Shown: positions 1 to 12,588 of the stretch, one piece after another
Numbering within the stretch: the first letter of the stretch is position 1
Layout of the letters: every line of letters begins with the position of its first letter
From: Octopus vulgaris
Lineage: Eukaryota
Assembly: GCA_951406725.2 (NCBI GenBank)
Contig: OX597833.1
Coordinates: forward strand, 36,208,001 to 36,272,000
DNA: 64,000 bases
Reading direction: 5' to 3'
Position numbers and translations under genes: made by a program
Notes under the pieces: model-generated
What the model saw: the letters and a program-made list of their open reading frames with translations, nothing else
Told to the model about the DNA's origin: nothing
The model's database searches: none

Positions 1-210
1 TTGAAGTCGGCTCATTCCCCTTTGAAATATGGAACTTAGATAACTGAAGAAAGTCATCAAGGAGTAGGCATGGCAGTTGAAACTAGCTCAGGATGGCTAT
101 GGAGGATAAGAGGCCGAAAGTGCAACCCTTCAGTAGATGAAGACGAGTTCAGTTCTCGCTCCTCTACTCAGGATAAGCGTACAGGTTAAAGGGCGAAACA
201 CTGACGATAC
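1..210 (+). mobile_element. 3' end of a degenerate Hero-like (restriction-like endonuclease) non-LTR retrotransposon
   Basis: Frameshifted translation EVG...LKKVIKE/VGMAVETSSGWLWRIRG resembles the C-terminal AAExxSxWLWxKR motif of Hero-type ORFs; followed by a short UTR and a (GGAT)n tract. Confidence 0.5.
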
Positions 211-1015
211 GGATGGATGGATGGATGGATGGATTGATGGATGGATGGATGGATGGAGGAATGGATGGATGGATATATGCATGTATATGTGTGGTATAGT
301 TTGTTAATGTTATTTATGTATACATTATGATACTATAGTCATTGATATGTGTGTAGATGACGAAGGGGGAGGAGGAGGAGGGGGAGGACTTGCTCTGAGG
401 CTGTTGCAGAATGAAGTACAGTTTATTTTCCCACTTTTACAATGTAAAAGAGACATTGTTGCTGATATGGTCTAGCTCCAAGTCAGTCGTCCTTGAACAA
501 ACGTAGTTCGTACTTTTCACTGGTTCACAAGATTTCTAGAGACTGAGGGGAAGTGAGCTAAGCAAGAATGCGCGAACCCCAAATTAAAAGAAACATGATC
601 AAATATATATCCCAGTCTTGATCAACTAGTTTTTTTTTATATTCCGAATTACGTTGTCCATTATGTCCCTTTTTAAAAACTAACGTGTTAGGGTAAAATA
701 TGAAGAATTTTGGCTATTATTTTTAGCAGTTCTAGCAAACCGTATAGTGGTACCATTTGTAGCTTTTGAAAATGATGTTGCCTGTGAGAGGGTCAAATTG
801 TCTTAAGTACCCGCCTACCTATTGTAATGAATTAGTAAATATTTATTCAATTGTTTTGAACAAAATAGTCGAGAGCATTTATAATTAATCGGGTTCAAAT
901 TATGTAATTAACCTTAAAACACAATTACATGGCCTGGCATTGATCTCAACTCCACCGCGGATTAAGCTGTTGTTGTTGTCGTTGCTGCTGCTGCTGCTGC
1001 TGTTGTTGTTGTTGT

Positions 1016-1052
<37 letters not shown>

Positions 1053-1309
1053 GAGGAGGAGGAGGAGGAGGTCAATGGTAAGGGATAGTAGAAGAAAGAA
1101 TTGTGCTATGCATGATCACAATATCTGGGACAGAAAAAAGTCTGAGTAGATAAAGTATGACGAAAAGAAACTTCCTTAAAAACAAAATATTTCTTTTATA
1201 TTTCCACAGAGAAGCTGGCAAATCAAAGCAAAACCCTAATCACTAAGAAAATACATGTATGCATACATACATACATACATACATACATACATACATACAT
1301 ACATGGGGG

Positions 1310-2760
1310 AAATCAGCTTGTGTCCGAGAACCACTATTTCCTGGAAATCGACTGTAAATTTTAGCATAAATTTATTTGTTGATGATCACTTCTGAGATGG
1401 ATCTTTAGTTCAGCCAGGCAGCTCGTGTTACATGTTGTGTATTCCGTCTATTTCGACGGACTTTCTTTAGGTGACATGCTTTAAGATGGCATTTTAACCC
1501 ACCCTCACAACAACATGCTTTGCTACGTAGGTCACATGGAAAATCAGCTGAAGTATTATATTGTTTTCAGCACTAAGTGTAACTTAGCTTTGCAATTCTG
1601 TTTTTAAAAGCATACACGATCGCAGCCCTTGCATTGCAGGGACTATTTAGAGTTCCCACCTCTCTGTAACATCCATAGGTATCGCAGCATGCCTCAGCTG
1701 AGTATAAGCTGTGCATTTAGTCTCAAACTCTTCAATACTATTGGCAATCAGATATACTCACAGGCGCCTGTTCTGTCTATGACCTTGCCAGCTTTTGATA
1801 CCAATACTGGTTTTCTTCTTTGCATCTTTTATATAGTCTTTATATTTTTTCTTTGACTTACATTACAGGCACTCTTCTTCATTCAGCTCACATATAGTAC
1901 CTATTTTGGCAAAAGGCAATCCGACGGGCGTACAACATGATCACACTGCCAAAACCGTTTCATAACACTTGACAAATGAGTTTGTATCACTTCCGTATTT
2001 CGTACAAAGGATTTCCAAGAGATTCTCGCAGTGTCGCCATATTCTACAACAAAACTGTCAGTCAATGCTGTATGTTGGTCACAGTGTGTGAACCAGATCG
2101 CAGCGTTTTGCATATAGAAATTTCTCTAATCTGAGAACTGAAGTTATTTGTTGGCTCAAGAAATCGGTGGATGTTAAACGGTTTTCCTGTTGTTCGATAT
2201 CTTATATAAATGCCAGTGTTGTTATCAGCAAATGTTTTATTTATCACCACTGCAAAAACATGACAAAGAAGGTGGGAGAAAATAGAACACTAACTAGTTC
2301 AAACAGTTCTGCGCTATAGCAAACCTATGCTTACATGTTTTCTTGCAAGGATCGAATGAGATTCACAAAGTATTCAAGACAAACCAACTTGAAGAATGTT
2401 CTTGAAAAAGCCACCGTGTTGTGTCGATTGTTTTTGTGAGATCCATAAAACATTATTAAAAGTCCAGTCGTTGATTTTTGTACTTCCTCTGAATTTAATG
2501 TGCCATGAATATCGTGTCTATTGACCCACGATTAGCATAAAACTATTCTGTGATTCTGGGAAAACAGCAGGATCCAGTATCAAAGATGCTCTGGTAGTCT
2601 GATGGGCGAACTTTTTTTATCTGCATTGATTTGTAAATATACAGTTGTATTGCGTAATGCATAGTACGCATATTAGTGCAAACATGTACACATACTTTAT
2701 TACACACTGAAATGATTATTACATAGAGAAGGCTGCGAAACGGCCGTAATCCTAAGGATG
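1310..2760 (-). mobile_element. RTE-clade LINE reverse-transcriptase relic (pseudogenised)
   Basis: Minus-strand translations FPESQNSF..NRGSIDTIFMAH*IQRKYKNQ..CFMDLTK and GIYIRYRTTGKPFNIHRF..QIREI match RTE/BovB-type RT motifs (LPESQCGFR..RGTxDMIF, GIYIRYRTDGKLFNLRRL); many stops and frameshifts. Confidence 0.85.
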
Positions 2761-3123
2761 ACAAGTGGTTAAATAAATACATTCACCTGTCATACCTCTT
2801 AATTTTCTCTGGTTTGTATACTCCTCAAAAAATAATTTCATCGATCGGATCTACTGGATTTCAGCGCATGGAACTCTACATTATACTCCTCTGTATGGGC
2901 TGATTACGTGGTCTGTTAGCCGAATCCACAAGAGAAGCTTACTGTGATAGGAATTCGAGTCTATGAATCCATATTTACATTCCAAATGTATACATGCATG
3001 TGTGTGTATGTATAATTTGTATGTATGCATGTGTGTATGTATGTATGTACATATATATATGTATATCTATATGTACATATATATATATATATCTTTCTAT
3101 CTATTTGTCTGTGTATGTATGTG

Positions 3124-3162
<39 letters not shown>

Positions 3163-4339
3163 ATATATCTATGTGCATGTATGCATGTGTATGCATGTGT
3201 GTAATGGGTTTAGGAGTGTATGTATGTGTCAGAGAGAGAGAGAGAGGGGGGAGGGGAAGAGATAAACAGAGATTCTAGTGTCTTTCGAAATATTGTGGAA
3301 GGTGAGCTGATTAGGAAAGTGTGTTTGTGTGTGTGTGCATGTTTGTGTGTGCATGTTTGTGTGTGCATATTTGTGTGTGCATGTGTGTATGTATGTAACT
3401 TTTCTAATCAATTTTTCTTCGTTCGGCATCATTCCTAATAGACATCATGGAACAATAGATGTCGACACTTAGAAATTACATGCCTAACAGACTAGATCAT
3501 ATACACTCAAACGAAAGGAGAAGCCTTTATGTGTGTGAGTGGTTAAGAAGCAAATTATAGTAGGCAAATCTTCAGATCATACTCTACCATCTTTAACAGA
3601 AGACATTGGGTGACGCGGTCTTTGATTCGTGCACATCGGAAAATGACATAACAAAATCGGCTGGAACGCTTTGACTGTCATGGCTGGCCCTGAGCAAAAC
3701 AACAACATGAACAACAATAGCTATTACGTTTCACATGCTACAATATGCTTTAGCTAGAAATAACTCTGCTTAAATTGGCAATTAAAGGGAATTAAGGTCA
3801 GGGTTTCCATGCATTAACTAATTGCAACAATTACGTTCGACATGAATCGTATCAGAGTCACAACTGGCAGACAGTACTAGAGCTATATGGTACGTGTTCG
3901 TTCTGTATATACATATGTATATACATATTTCAGTGCTTTTTAGTAACCAAACTCACTATAGCAATGAAAGAAAGCTTCAGCTTCAAGTGAACACGAATTC
4001 CAGCTTCGAAATCGGTACTTCTTTTCGTATGTAAATACTCACATGTGCGTGCGTGCGTGCATGCATGCGCGCGTACGTATAAATATCTATCTTTGCACGC
4101 ATATACACAAATACAAACACACATCCAACCATCCATCCAACCATACATCCATACATCCATCCATCCATACATGCATACATACATGCATACATGCATACAT
4201 ACATACATACATACAAACATACATACATACATACATACTTACATACAAACATACATACATACATCCATACATACATACATACGTGCATGCATACATACAT
4301 ACATACATACATGCATGCATGCATACATACATACATACA

Positions 4340-4369
<30 letters not shown>

Positions 4370-4370
<1 letters not shown>

Positions 4371-6047
4371 GTATTATTACCGATAGAATACAGTATCCCA
4401 AAGGCACATTCCAAGGAAGTAGCCTCTCTGTGATGTTTATACTTTCTGTAAGCCCCTTGTCATTCATATTAAGGAAGTCTGATGAATATCTCACTGGTTC
4501 ACAAGGAAATAGAAATACCAAAATTACGCACTGTTTCTTTGTGGATGACTTAAAATTTTAGGCAAAGAATATATATGTGATGAAAAAGAGCCTTGACCTA
4601 GTTACAACATTCTCAAAGTATGTAGGGTTGGAGTTTGGTCAGGATAAACGTTGTTATATTGTTGTGAAAAGGGGGAAAACTATAAACCAGATTTGTAACA
4701 TCTCCATCAAGGATTTGACTATTTCCCCTGTATCTGACGAAGAATGTTACAGGTATCTAGCGGTGGATGAAAACATATCTTACAATGGCACCTGTAACAA
4801 AACACGTGTCACTAAAGAATATTATAGCCGAATAAAGAAAATTTGGACCTCAGAACTCTCTGCATTCAATAAAAGATTGGCCCACAATGTGTTTGCAGTG
4901 CCAGTACTCATACCAACATTTTAACTACCAAGTGTTGGAGTGCATCCCTTGACCAAGTTTGCATACATGAGGCTGATAACATCATAAGACTTGGAAGGCA
5001 GCTACTTGGGCAACACTCTTCGTCTGATAACCTAGATTACATGCCCAAAGAAGTCGTACAATTCTAACGCAACGTATCATCAGATGAAAGAATGAGCCTA
5101 TTATGCATGACTAAGTTAGCAGAAAGCTCTGTGATAATAGTAACATCGATCACCAAAGCAGTTTATCATGGACCAATAGCCGGATTACTACCTCCCACTT
5201 TGAAGGGTATACGTTTGCAATCTAGGAACAGGAAATATCAACTAATCACCTGATGCACAAAAAGGATAGAGATGCAGGAAAAGCAGTAAAATATCATAAC
5301 TGATGTGGACTTTGTCGAGTTCACACTGAAGATATTACCCACATCATAAGCAGTTGTCCGAAAATGTCATCACGGTATTATCTACCGATGAGACATGATG
5401 TTATATCTAGGACACTATAATGAAATCCGTCGGAAGGATAACCCCGAGGACAAAGAAATAAGAACCCACAATATGGTAGAAGCCATAGCCACTCATAATA
5501 AAAAGGAATACTGGTGAAATGTCCCAGTGAAGACCTCAGTAAAAAGGTAAGCGCAATAGACTTGATATAATGACTTGGGATAGAGAAGAGAAACTGTGCA
5601 CAGTTGTGGAAATTAGCTGTCCAGCAGAGGTTAACATAAAGCTGAAGATTAGTGGAAAATAGAACCCCTATGGTGAACAAGTTTAGATTTATACCTGTAA
5701 TTATTGGGGCCCTGGGATACGTAACATATTGCCTGAATACCAATCTTGAGAAATTAGGCTTCTCAAAACCAGAAAGGAGAAAGCTGATTGGAAGACTACT
5801 GATTCAAGACATCACTGGAACTGTAATAATCTGTAAAACTTACCGGAAGTTTATCATTTAAATATATATGAGCATGTCTAGACATGCAATTATATGCATG
5901 AGAATACATACATAAAACATACAAATCTGAACATGCATACAATAGCATGTTGTTGATGTTGAAATTCCAATGAAGGAGCCTTTGATCTAGGTTAGAAACC
6001 GGTACTTTCTCTATTAGCAAGAAAATTTTAAATAAACTGAATAATGA
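4370..6047 (+). mobile_element. 5'-truncated R4/Dong-clade non-LTR retrotransposon (RT, CCHC, RLE) with 3' UTR ending in (CATA)n
   Basis: GTFQGSSLS, HCFFVDDLK, GLEFGQDK, YRYL, NVFAVPVL RT motifs; zinc knuckle CGLCRVHTEDITHIISSC near 5305-5360; RLE tail IPVIIGALG; internal stops; (CATA)n on both sides. Confidence 0.9.
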
Positions 6048-6395
6048 CATACATACATACATTCATATATACATACACATATATGTGTGAGGGTGTGGGT
6101 GCGCGTGTGCGTGTGTGTGTGTGTGTGTATGTATATATATATAAATTTTACATATTTGTTTTGCAAGATTCTTGATGTGAAATTGTGTGTTGAAACAGAG
6201 ATCCTATAAAACAAATCGAGTAGCGGGTGATACTATGCGAGAAGTTTACAGTTTACAGTTCAGTGCACAGCAGGTTTGTCACTTTCTGTGACAGGCTTAA
6301 TCACTGCCAACGATGATAGAGCACTGGACTTGCTCTCAGAGAATAGAAAGAAAACAGTAACTATTGTATGCAATCAGTAGGTAACAAGGGTAAAA

Positions 6396-6632
6396 GGCGG
6401 CGAGCTGGCAGAAGCGTTAGCACGCCGGGCGAAATGCTTAGCGAAATGCTTATTTCGTCTGCCGCTACGTTCTGAGTTCAAATTCCGCCGAGGTCGACTT
6501 TGCCTTTCATCCTTTCTGGGTCGATTAAATAAGTACCAGTTACGCACTGGGGTCGATATAATCGACTTAATCCGTTTGTCTGTCCTTGTTTGTCCTCTCT
6601 GTGTTTAGCCCCTTGTGGGTAGTAAAGAAATA
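6396..6632 (+). mobile_element. tRNA-derived SINE, family B (GGCGGCGAGCTGGCAG head), with target-site duplication
   Basis: A-box-like AGCTGGCAGAA and B-box GAGTTCAAATTCC; central GCCTTTCATCCTTTC.GGGTCGA..AAATAAGTACCAG domain; 14-bp TSD TAGGTAACAAGGGT at 6378-6391 and 6631-6644; near-identical to the copy at 50208. Confidence 0.9.
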
Positions 6633-7284
6633 GGTAACAAGGGTCAGAGAATATCTGAAGAAATCAACCAAGAAATATTGATCTAGATCTGCTGGAAAAC
6701 AGAAGCACACCTCAATTCATCTGAAATAGAACTGGATAAAGTGTACAAGGAGACACTAGAAGCGCACATTAATTCCAAAACTGATGAACTTGACAACTTT
6801 TCCAATGAGAACAAGCATGCTGTTGCATGGGGAGTTCTGTAGGAACTTAACAACAATGGACCTTCTTCAGTAACTTTCTTTAATAACCTATATTCTAGAA
6901 GAAACCACTGACTAACCTTGAAATGCCTGGTTAAGCACTTCAGATCGCAATATTAAAATTGAATATAAAAGCATCAAAAAGTCCTAAATATTTATAAACT
7001 ATAAGAAACCATGTTTAGCTATCGTCTTAGCTATCATCTGGAAAATCCACTCTTCTACAAGCATTTATTCAACAACTGTAACGAGACGAGTAGCATTGGT
7101 GTTAGCAGTCAAGTGCCCCAAGATCCTCTTATTCTAAGCTACATTTTCATGTACCCTCCCGATATGGCATTTCCATAATCTGGACTTATTTCTCAGATTA
7201 AATCATGCCCAAATTTCTACGCACTAAAACAGCAATGCAATGAGAATCAACACGATATAGATAGCGAAAAAGTATGGTTAAGAC

Positions 7285-7650
7285 TTTTATATCTAAAATG
7301 TACTAAAGACTAGAAGGTTCGAGTTGAGTTGCACAAAGCGCCATTGCATTCATATTATATTGCAATAGCGAAACAAAAATCAGGTCGTATGGTTTAGTCT
7401 GACTTGTGAACTTGATGCTGCCTAAGAAAGACGGTATGGAGAGTGCATGTGAAGAGCAAGTCCTAAAATATAAACGTCATAAGGGTTACTGCAACGTACG
7501 ATACTGGCAGTGTATAGGGTTTTCATTAGAAGTATAGAAGTTTGATGTGATATTGTAACAAGATCCACTACGTTCTACCCGGCTGATATTGGTCTCAAGA
7601 AGTACTGTAGAGTAGTGGTTCATGAAACGGAGATGAAATCAGTAAATACT
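7285..7650 (+). mobile_element. Highly degenerate Hero-like RLE domain relic, interrupted by a SINE
   Basis: KD*KVRVEL...GRMV*SD then LMLPKKDGMESACEEQVLKY..C....W....FSLEV keeps the spacing of the DW..VDL..RPD..WS / ELTVPWE..MEAA.ERK..KY..C...GW....PVEV motif; the 3' part may resume at 8150-8450. Confidence 0.5.
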
Positions 7651-7651
7651 A

Positions 7652-8145
7652 CCCAACCACATAGCTCAGGGTTCAGTCCTACTACGTGGCATCTTGGGCA
7701 AATGTGTTCTACAATAGCCTTGGGCCGAACAAAGCCTTGTGAGTGGGTTTGGTAGGCGGAAACTGAAAGAAACCCGTCGTGTATACATACATACATACAT
7801 ACATACATACATACATACATACATACATACATACATACATACACACACACATACATATATATATGTATACATACATATATATATGTATACATACATACAT
7901 ACATACATACATACATACATACATACATACATACACACACACACATACATATATATATGTATACATACATATATATATGTATACATACATACATACATGC
8001 ATACATAAAAGGACCGACAGAATAAGTACCAAGCTTAAAATAGAAATAGGGGATGGGGGTCGATTCGTTCTTCAATGCGGTACCCCAGCATGGGCCGCAG
8101 TCTAATGACTCAAACAAGTTAAAGATAAAAAGATAAAAAAGAAAG
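7652..8145 (+). mobile_element. SINE family A (tRNA head, CORE-like CCTTGGGCAAGT, internal microsatellite, LINE-like tail), 5' truncated
   Basis: Matches the copies at 27500, 60229 and 62459; internal (CATA)n/(TA)n of about 230 bp; tail CCCCAGCATGGGCCGCAGTCTAATGACTCAAACAAG. Confidence 0.85.
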
Positions 8146-8718
8146 ATACATATGACAGAGTCATATGTGAAAAAGACCAAAGCTTGTAGCGAGGAACAAA
8201 TCCCCAGCGAACAGTAAAATAAATAGTTGCTGCACATTTGGAGTGATTGCAGCTTCCGCCCAGTTCGCTATGGAAACTGTATGGATAACAGAAAGAAAAT
8301 GCGTGCTACAGCGTGAGCCAAGACAATCCGAAATCCCCTGAGAATGGGAATGCTGCTTGGCATCGTTCGGGGAAGCAATATGGCCGGACGGTGCTGAAAT
8401 CTTTGCGATCTCCAGTCGACAGCTGATGATTGATAATGGGAATGTCTCACATTAAACCTGCATGCTAAATTAAATGTCTGTGTGTACGTGTACGAGTGTG
8501 TATATGTGTACGAGTGTGTGTACGTGTATATTACATATATATATATCTATGTATATATGAATAGATATATACGAATAATATATATACATATATTATTCGT
8601 ATATGTATTAATGTTTGATTTTATGTCCAGTTGTAATAAAAACAATTTACATTAATCTGATGGGTTACTCTATACTTTTGGAGAGTGAAAATTTATTATT
8701 CTTATACAAGAATGGTTT

Positions 8719-8927
8719 TGACAGCAACTTCGAAGTTTCGGCTAGCTAATTTATCGTTGGACTGCGATGCGTTAGAGTTAGTTTTGCTTTTATATAGTTT
8801 CTGTTGAGTTAAAAGCATCCATGGGTGATGATTTTAACTCAACAGAGACTACATAAATGCAAAATTAATTCTAATGCATTGGTGTCCAACGATGGCTTAG
8901 TTAGCTGAAACTTCGTAGTCACTGTCA
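8719..8927. repeat. Fold-back inverted repeat of a Penelope-like terminus with degenerate hammerhead motifs
   Basis: Arms of about 95 bp with a short central spacer; each arm reads CCAACGA..GAAAC TTCG(A/T)A GT(C/T); same family as 23765-23836. Confidence 0.75.
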
Positions 8928-9083
8928 CTACCTATCTATCTACTTATCTATCTATGTGTGTGTGTGTCTGTGTCTATGTGTATATGTGTTTACAAGACAT
9001 TACAAATAAGAATGGGGAATTATAGATCCTCAAAAACGTGTTTGTTACAGTATTATATACGGTACATTTACTTTAAATTTCTG

Positions 9084-9174
9084 TCCGACACGTGTTTCTA
9101 CTTTATAGATATCCTAAGATGTGACATTTAATTGCATCCTTTTCTTTCAATTGCATTATAATTTCATCCAGAGT
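9084..9174 (-). ncRNA. Degenerate hammerhead-ribozyme-like motif
   Basis: Minus strand CTGGATGA...GAAAC ACGT GTC GGA; palindromic stem III ACACGTGT; core has an extra G and stems I and II are imperfect. Confidence 0.4.
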
Positions 9175-9284
9175 ATCCGTATCTGCAGTTTTATTCAAAG
9201 TATTACCACTAGGGTATTTTGAAGCCAATTGACGTATTTAGTGCTTTATATATATATACATACATACATTCATACGTATATATA

Positions 9285-9418
<134 letters not shown>

Positions 9419-9708
9419 ATGGGTTCAACTGCCGAAGACGACGTATGAGCGTTCAGATTTTGCCGAACAGCCTTCACAAATCATTCGTTTATAGTGATCA
9501 AAAGTATGTGCCATACATTAGCACACTGCCTCCATCAAATCGACTTTGCCTGAATAAGTGCCGGCCGCAGTCAAATGACTGTATATGTGTGTATACACAT
9601 GCATATAGACATATATATATTTATTTATACATACATCAGATACACACGCACACGCCACACACGTGCATGTATATATATGTATATATATGTGTGTATATAT
9701 ATCTATGT

Positions 9709-9742
<34 letters not shown>

Positions 9743-10275
9743 TGTGTGTGTGTACTAAAAATACTTTGCTAACAGTAATGTACTATGTCAACAGTAAGTT
9801 TTTATAAATGTAGCAAACGAGTCATCGAAAATAGTTCTACGTCTTAGCCGGACTAGCTAGATATATCACCCAAACCTCCGTAACGTAATAAACTTGCTTT
9901 AAAAGTATAATCTTTGAACAAGAGAATGTATTCGGTATTTGGTGTACGTCAATATAGATGACGAATGCCTTACAACAACGACTACAAAATGGTGGATATG
10001 AGACAATATGATATCTAGCAGGAAGAGAGCATATATTTGATCGCCATCAATTCTCCTGCAAACATACCCAGATAATTTTGTTGTAAGTTCCGTCGTCGTA
10101 GTTATGTTATAGTAGTTCACCAGAGACACAGTTGTCAACTCACTTCTGATTGTATCATATGTGAATATAATGGTATTTTGATGACCTTCAAAATTTATCA
10201 CGCACACACGCGCACACACACACATACGCCCACACATAGGTACACGCACACACATTATTAATATACATACTTTTG

Positions 10276-10315
<40 letters not shown>

Positions 10316-10488
10316 TGCACACGCAGACTCAAACATATATCTATGTATGTATGTATGTATGTATAATGATAAATCATTTTCAGTCAAACGATTTTACGAG
10401 AGGGTTGTAATAATAATTTTTCATACGTATACAACTTATACTTGAGTCTATACGTGCGTGTCTACTTACTTGAATGCATATATGTTTG

Positions 10489-10547
<59 letters not shown>

Positions 10548-10603
10548 TGATATATGCATATATGTATACGTGTGCGTGTCTTTGTGTATGTGTGTGTGTG
10601 CGT

Positions 10604-11080
10604 GAAGGTGGGTGGTTTAGTGATTAAGGTATTTGGCTCACGGTCACAAAGTTGTGAGTTCACTTCCTAGTGCCGTGTTATTTCACGTTGTTGCAGTCGA
10701 CCTAGCTGGCAAAAATGAGTGCCACCTGTATTTCAAAAGGCCAGCTTGTCACATCCTGTACCTATTTCTTTATTATCCACAAGGGGCGAAACACAGAGAG
10801 GACAAACAAGGACAGACATAGGTATTAAATCGATTACATCGTCCCCAGTGCGTAACTGGTACTTAATTTATCGACCCCGAAAGGATGAAAGGCAAAGTCG
10901 ACCTCGGCGGAATTTGAACTCACAACGTAACGGCAGACGAAATACCGCTAAGCATTTCGCCCGGCGTGCTAACGCTTCTGCCAGTTCGCCGCTCCCTCAG
11001 ATCTACGTTAAGAGCATGCACGCTAATATCACGAGCAGGTTGTTCCGTTGATCGGATCAACTGGAACCCTTGTCGTGTTA
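10604..11080 (+). mobile_element. Old tRNA-derived SINE (family C) split by a family B insertion
   Basis: A-box-like TGGTTTAGTGA and B-box-like GAGTTCACTTCC at 10612-10668; body appears to continue after 10993. Confidence 0.5.
10758..10992 (-). mobile_element. SINE family B
   Basis: Reverse complement closely matches 6396-6632, including the AAAGAAATAGGTA end. Confidence 0.9.
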
Positions 11081-11364
11081 CCTGCCTTTAAAGTTTGAAT
11101 TTTAGCCTCTATTGCCGATGTACCGGATATCGTGATCGTCTATTTTCCTGGGAATAGCATTAATATTATGATCTCTCATTGTCATAACTACAACAATAAC
11201 CACCGATCATCTATTACCTGTTTCTGGTCAGGTATCTTCGAACGAGTGTAGCGAGCTTTATTTGTGTGTGTGTGTATGTGTGTGTGTGTGTGAATTCGAC
11301 ATGTGAAACCGTTAATCCAGACACGGTTTATTTTCTCTCTCCGTTTTCTTTGCTGATTCTTTTT

Positions 11365-11596
11365 TTATTTCTGTATTTGCCCAGTATGGGCTAAACATAG
11401 AGGGGACAAACAAGGACAGATAAAGGGATTTAGTCGATTACATCGACCCCAGTGCGTAACTGGTACTTAATTTATCGACTCCGAAAGGATCAAAGGCAAA
11501 GTCGACCTCGGTGGAATTTGAACTCAGAACGTAACGGCTGACGAAATACCGCTAAGTATTTCGCCCGGCGTGCAAACATTTCTGCCAGCTCACCGC
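11365..11596 (-). mobile_element. SINE family B
   Basis: Reverse-complement match to family B over about 230 bp. Confidence 0.88.
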
Positions 11597-12204
11597 TCAT
11601 CCTTTTCTATCAAAGACTTTTATATTTTCCCTGATCGTCAAACTAAAACAATTTGTTTGTTATTCTCTCACCAGTTGCTGTCTTTTGTTCTTTGTACATT
11701 CGCAACGAAAACCTCCATTGCCAAAGTAGAAGAGGTCGCTCAATTTGTAAAATAATTTTGAATTTAACAAAGAAACCAATATACTAGTAACTTATTTATC
11801 ATTACTTATCATAGGAAAAGCATGTGATTTTTGTCAGTAGCGAGCAGAACTGCAATAGTGTAGAATTTTTTTTTTTAATTTGATGGTAGAAAGGATTTTA
11901 AAATCATCCGTCATAATTTCTTATTTTATTTGCAGATTATCAAGTTCCTAAACTCACCATCAACGTTTCTCCTCTCACATTCTCATCGTAAGAATGTGGC
12001 GATGTTTACAAATATCATCCCTTTGTGGCTGCAGGGCGAATGCGATTAGTTTACACAGTTACGTTGGAACCTGAACTTTGGCGATTAAGTATTTACTGCT
12101 TGGGTATTCCTATGCGTGACCAGTGGAAGTGTTGTGCCTCTTTAATGTGGCATCATACAATGTTATGGAGTTTCGTTTCTGTCATTAGTCTTTCTTTTTT
12201 TTTT

Positions 12205-12545
12205 TTTTACTTGTTTCAGTCATTTTGACTGCGGCCATGCTGGAGCACCGCCTTTAATCGAGCAACTCGACCCCGGGACTTACCCTTTGTAAGCCCAGTA
12301 CTTATTCTATCGGTCTCTTTTGCCGAACCGCTAAGTGACGGGGACAAACACAGACACACAAACATACACGCACATACATATATACGACGGGCTTCTTTCA
12401 GTTCCCGTCTACCAAATCCACTCACAAGGCTTTGGTCGGCCCGAGGCTATAGTAGAAGACACTTACCCAAGGTGCCACGCAGTGGGACTGAACCCGAAAC
12501 CATGTGGTTGGTAAACAAGCTACTTACCACACAGCCACTCCTACG

Positions 12546-12547
<2 letters not shown>
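12205..12547 (-). mobile_element. SINE family A
   Basis: Head GGCGTAGGAGTGGCTGTGTGGTAAG, B-box GGTTCAGTCCC, tail GGCGGTGCTCCAGCATGGCCGCAGTC. Confidence 0.92.

Positions 12548-12588
<41 letters not shown>

Noticed and set aside
940-1149. ORF with poly-Leu/poly-Met resembling a signal peptide
   Set aside because: Translation of (GTT/GCT)n, (GAT)n and (GAG)n microsatellites; no ATG start or splice support.
10068-10186. Possible minus-strand exon (GHQNTIIFTYDTIRSELTTVSLVNYYNITTTTELTTKLS) phase-compatible with the 46.6-kb candidate, donor GG/GTATGT
   Set aside because: The acceptor lacks a pyrimidine tract and sits at the junction of the inverted duplication; no recognisable homology, so chance is a sufficient explanation.
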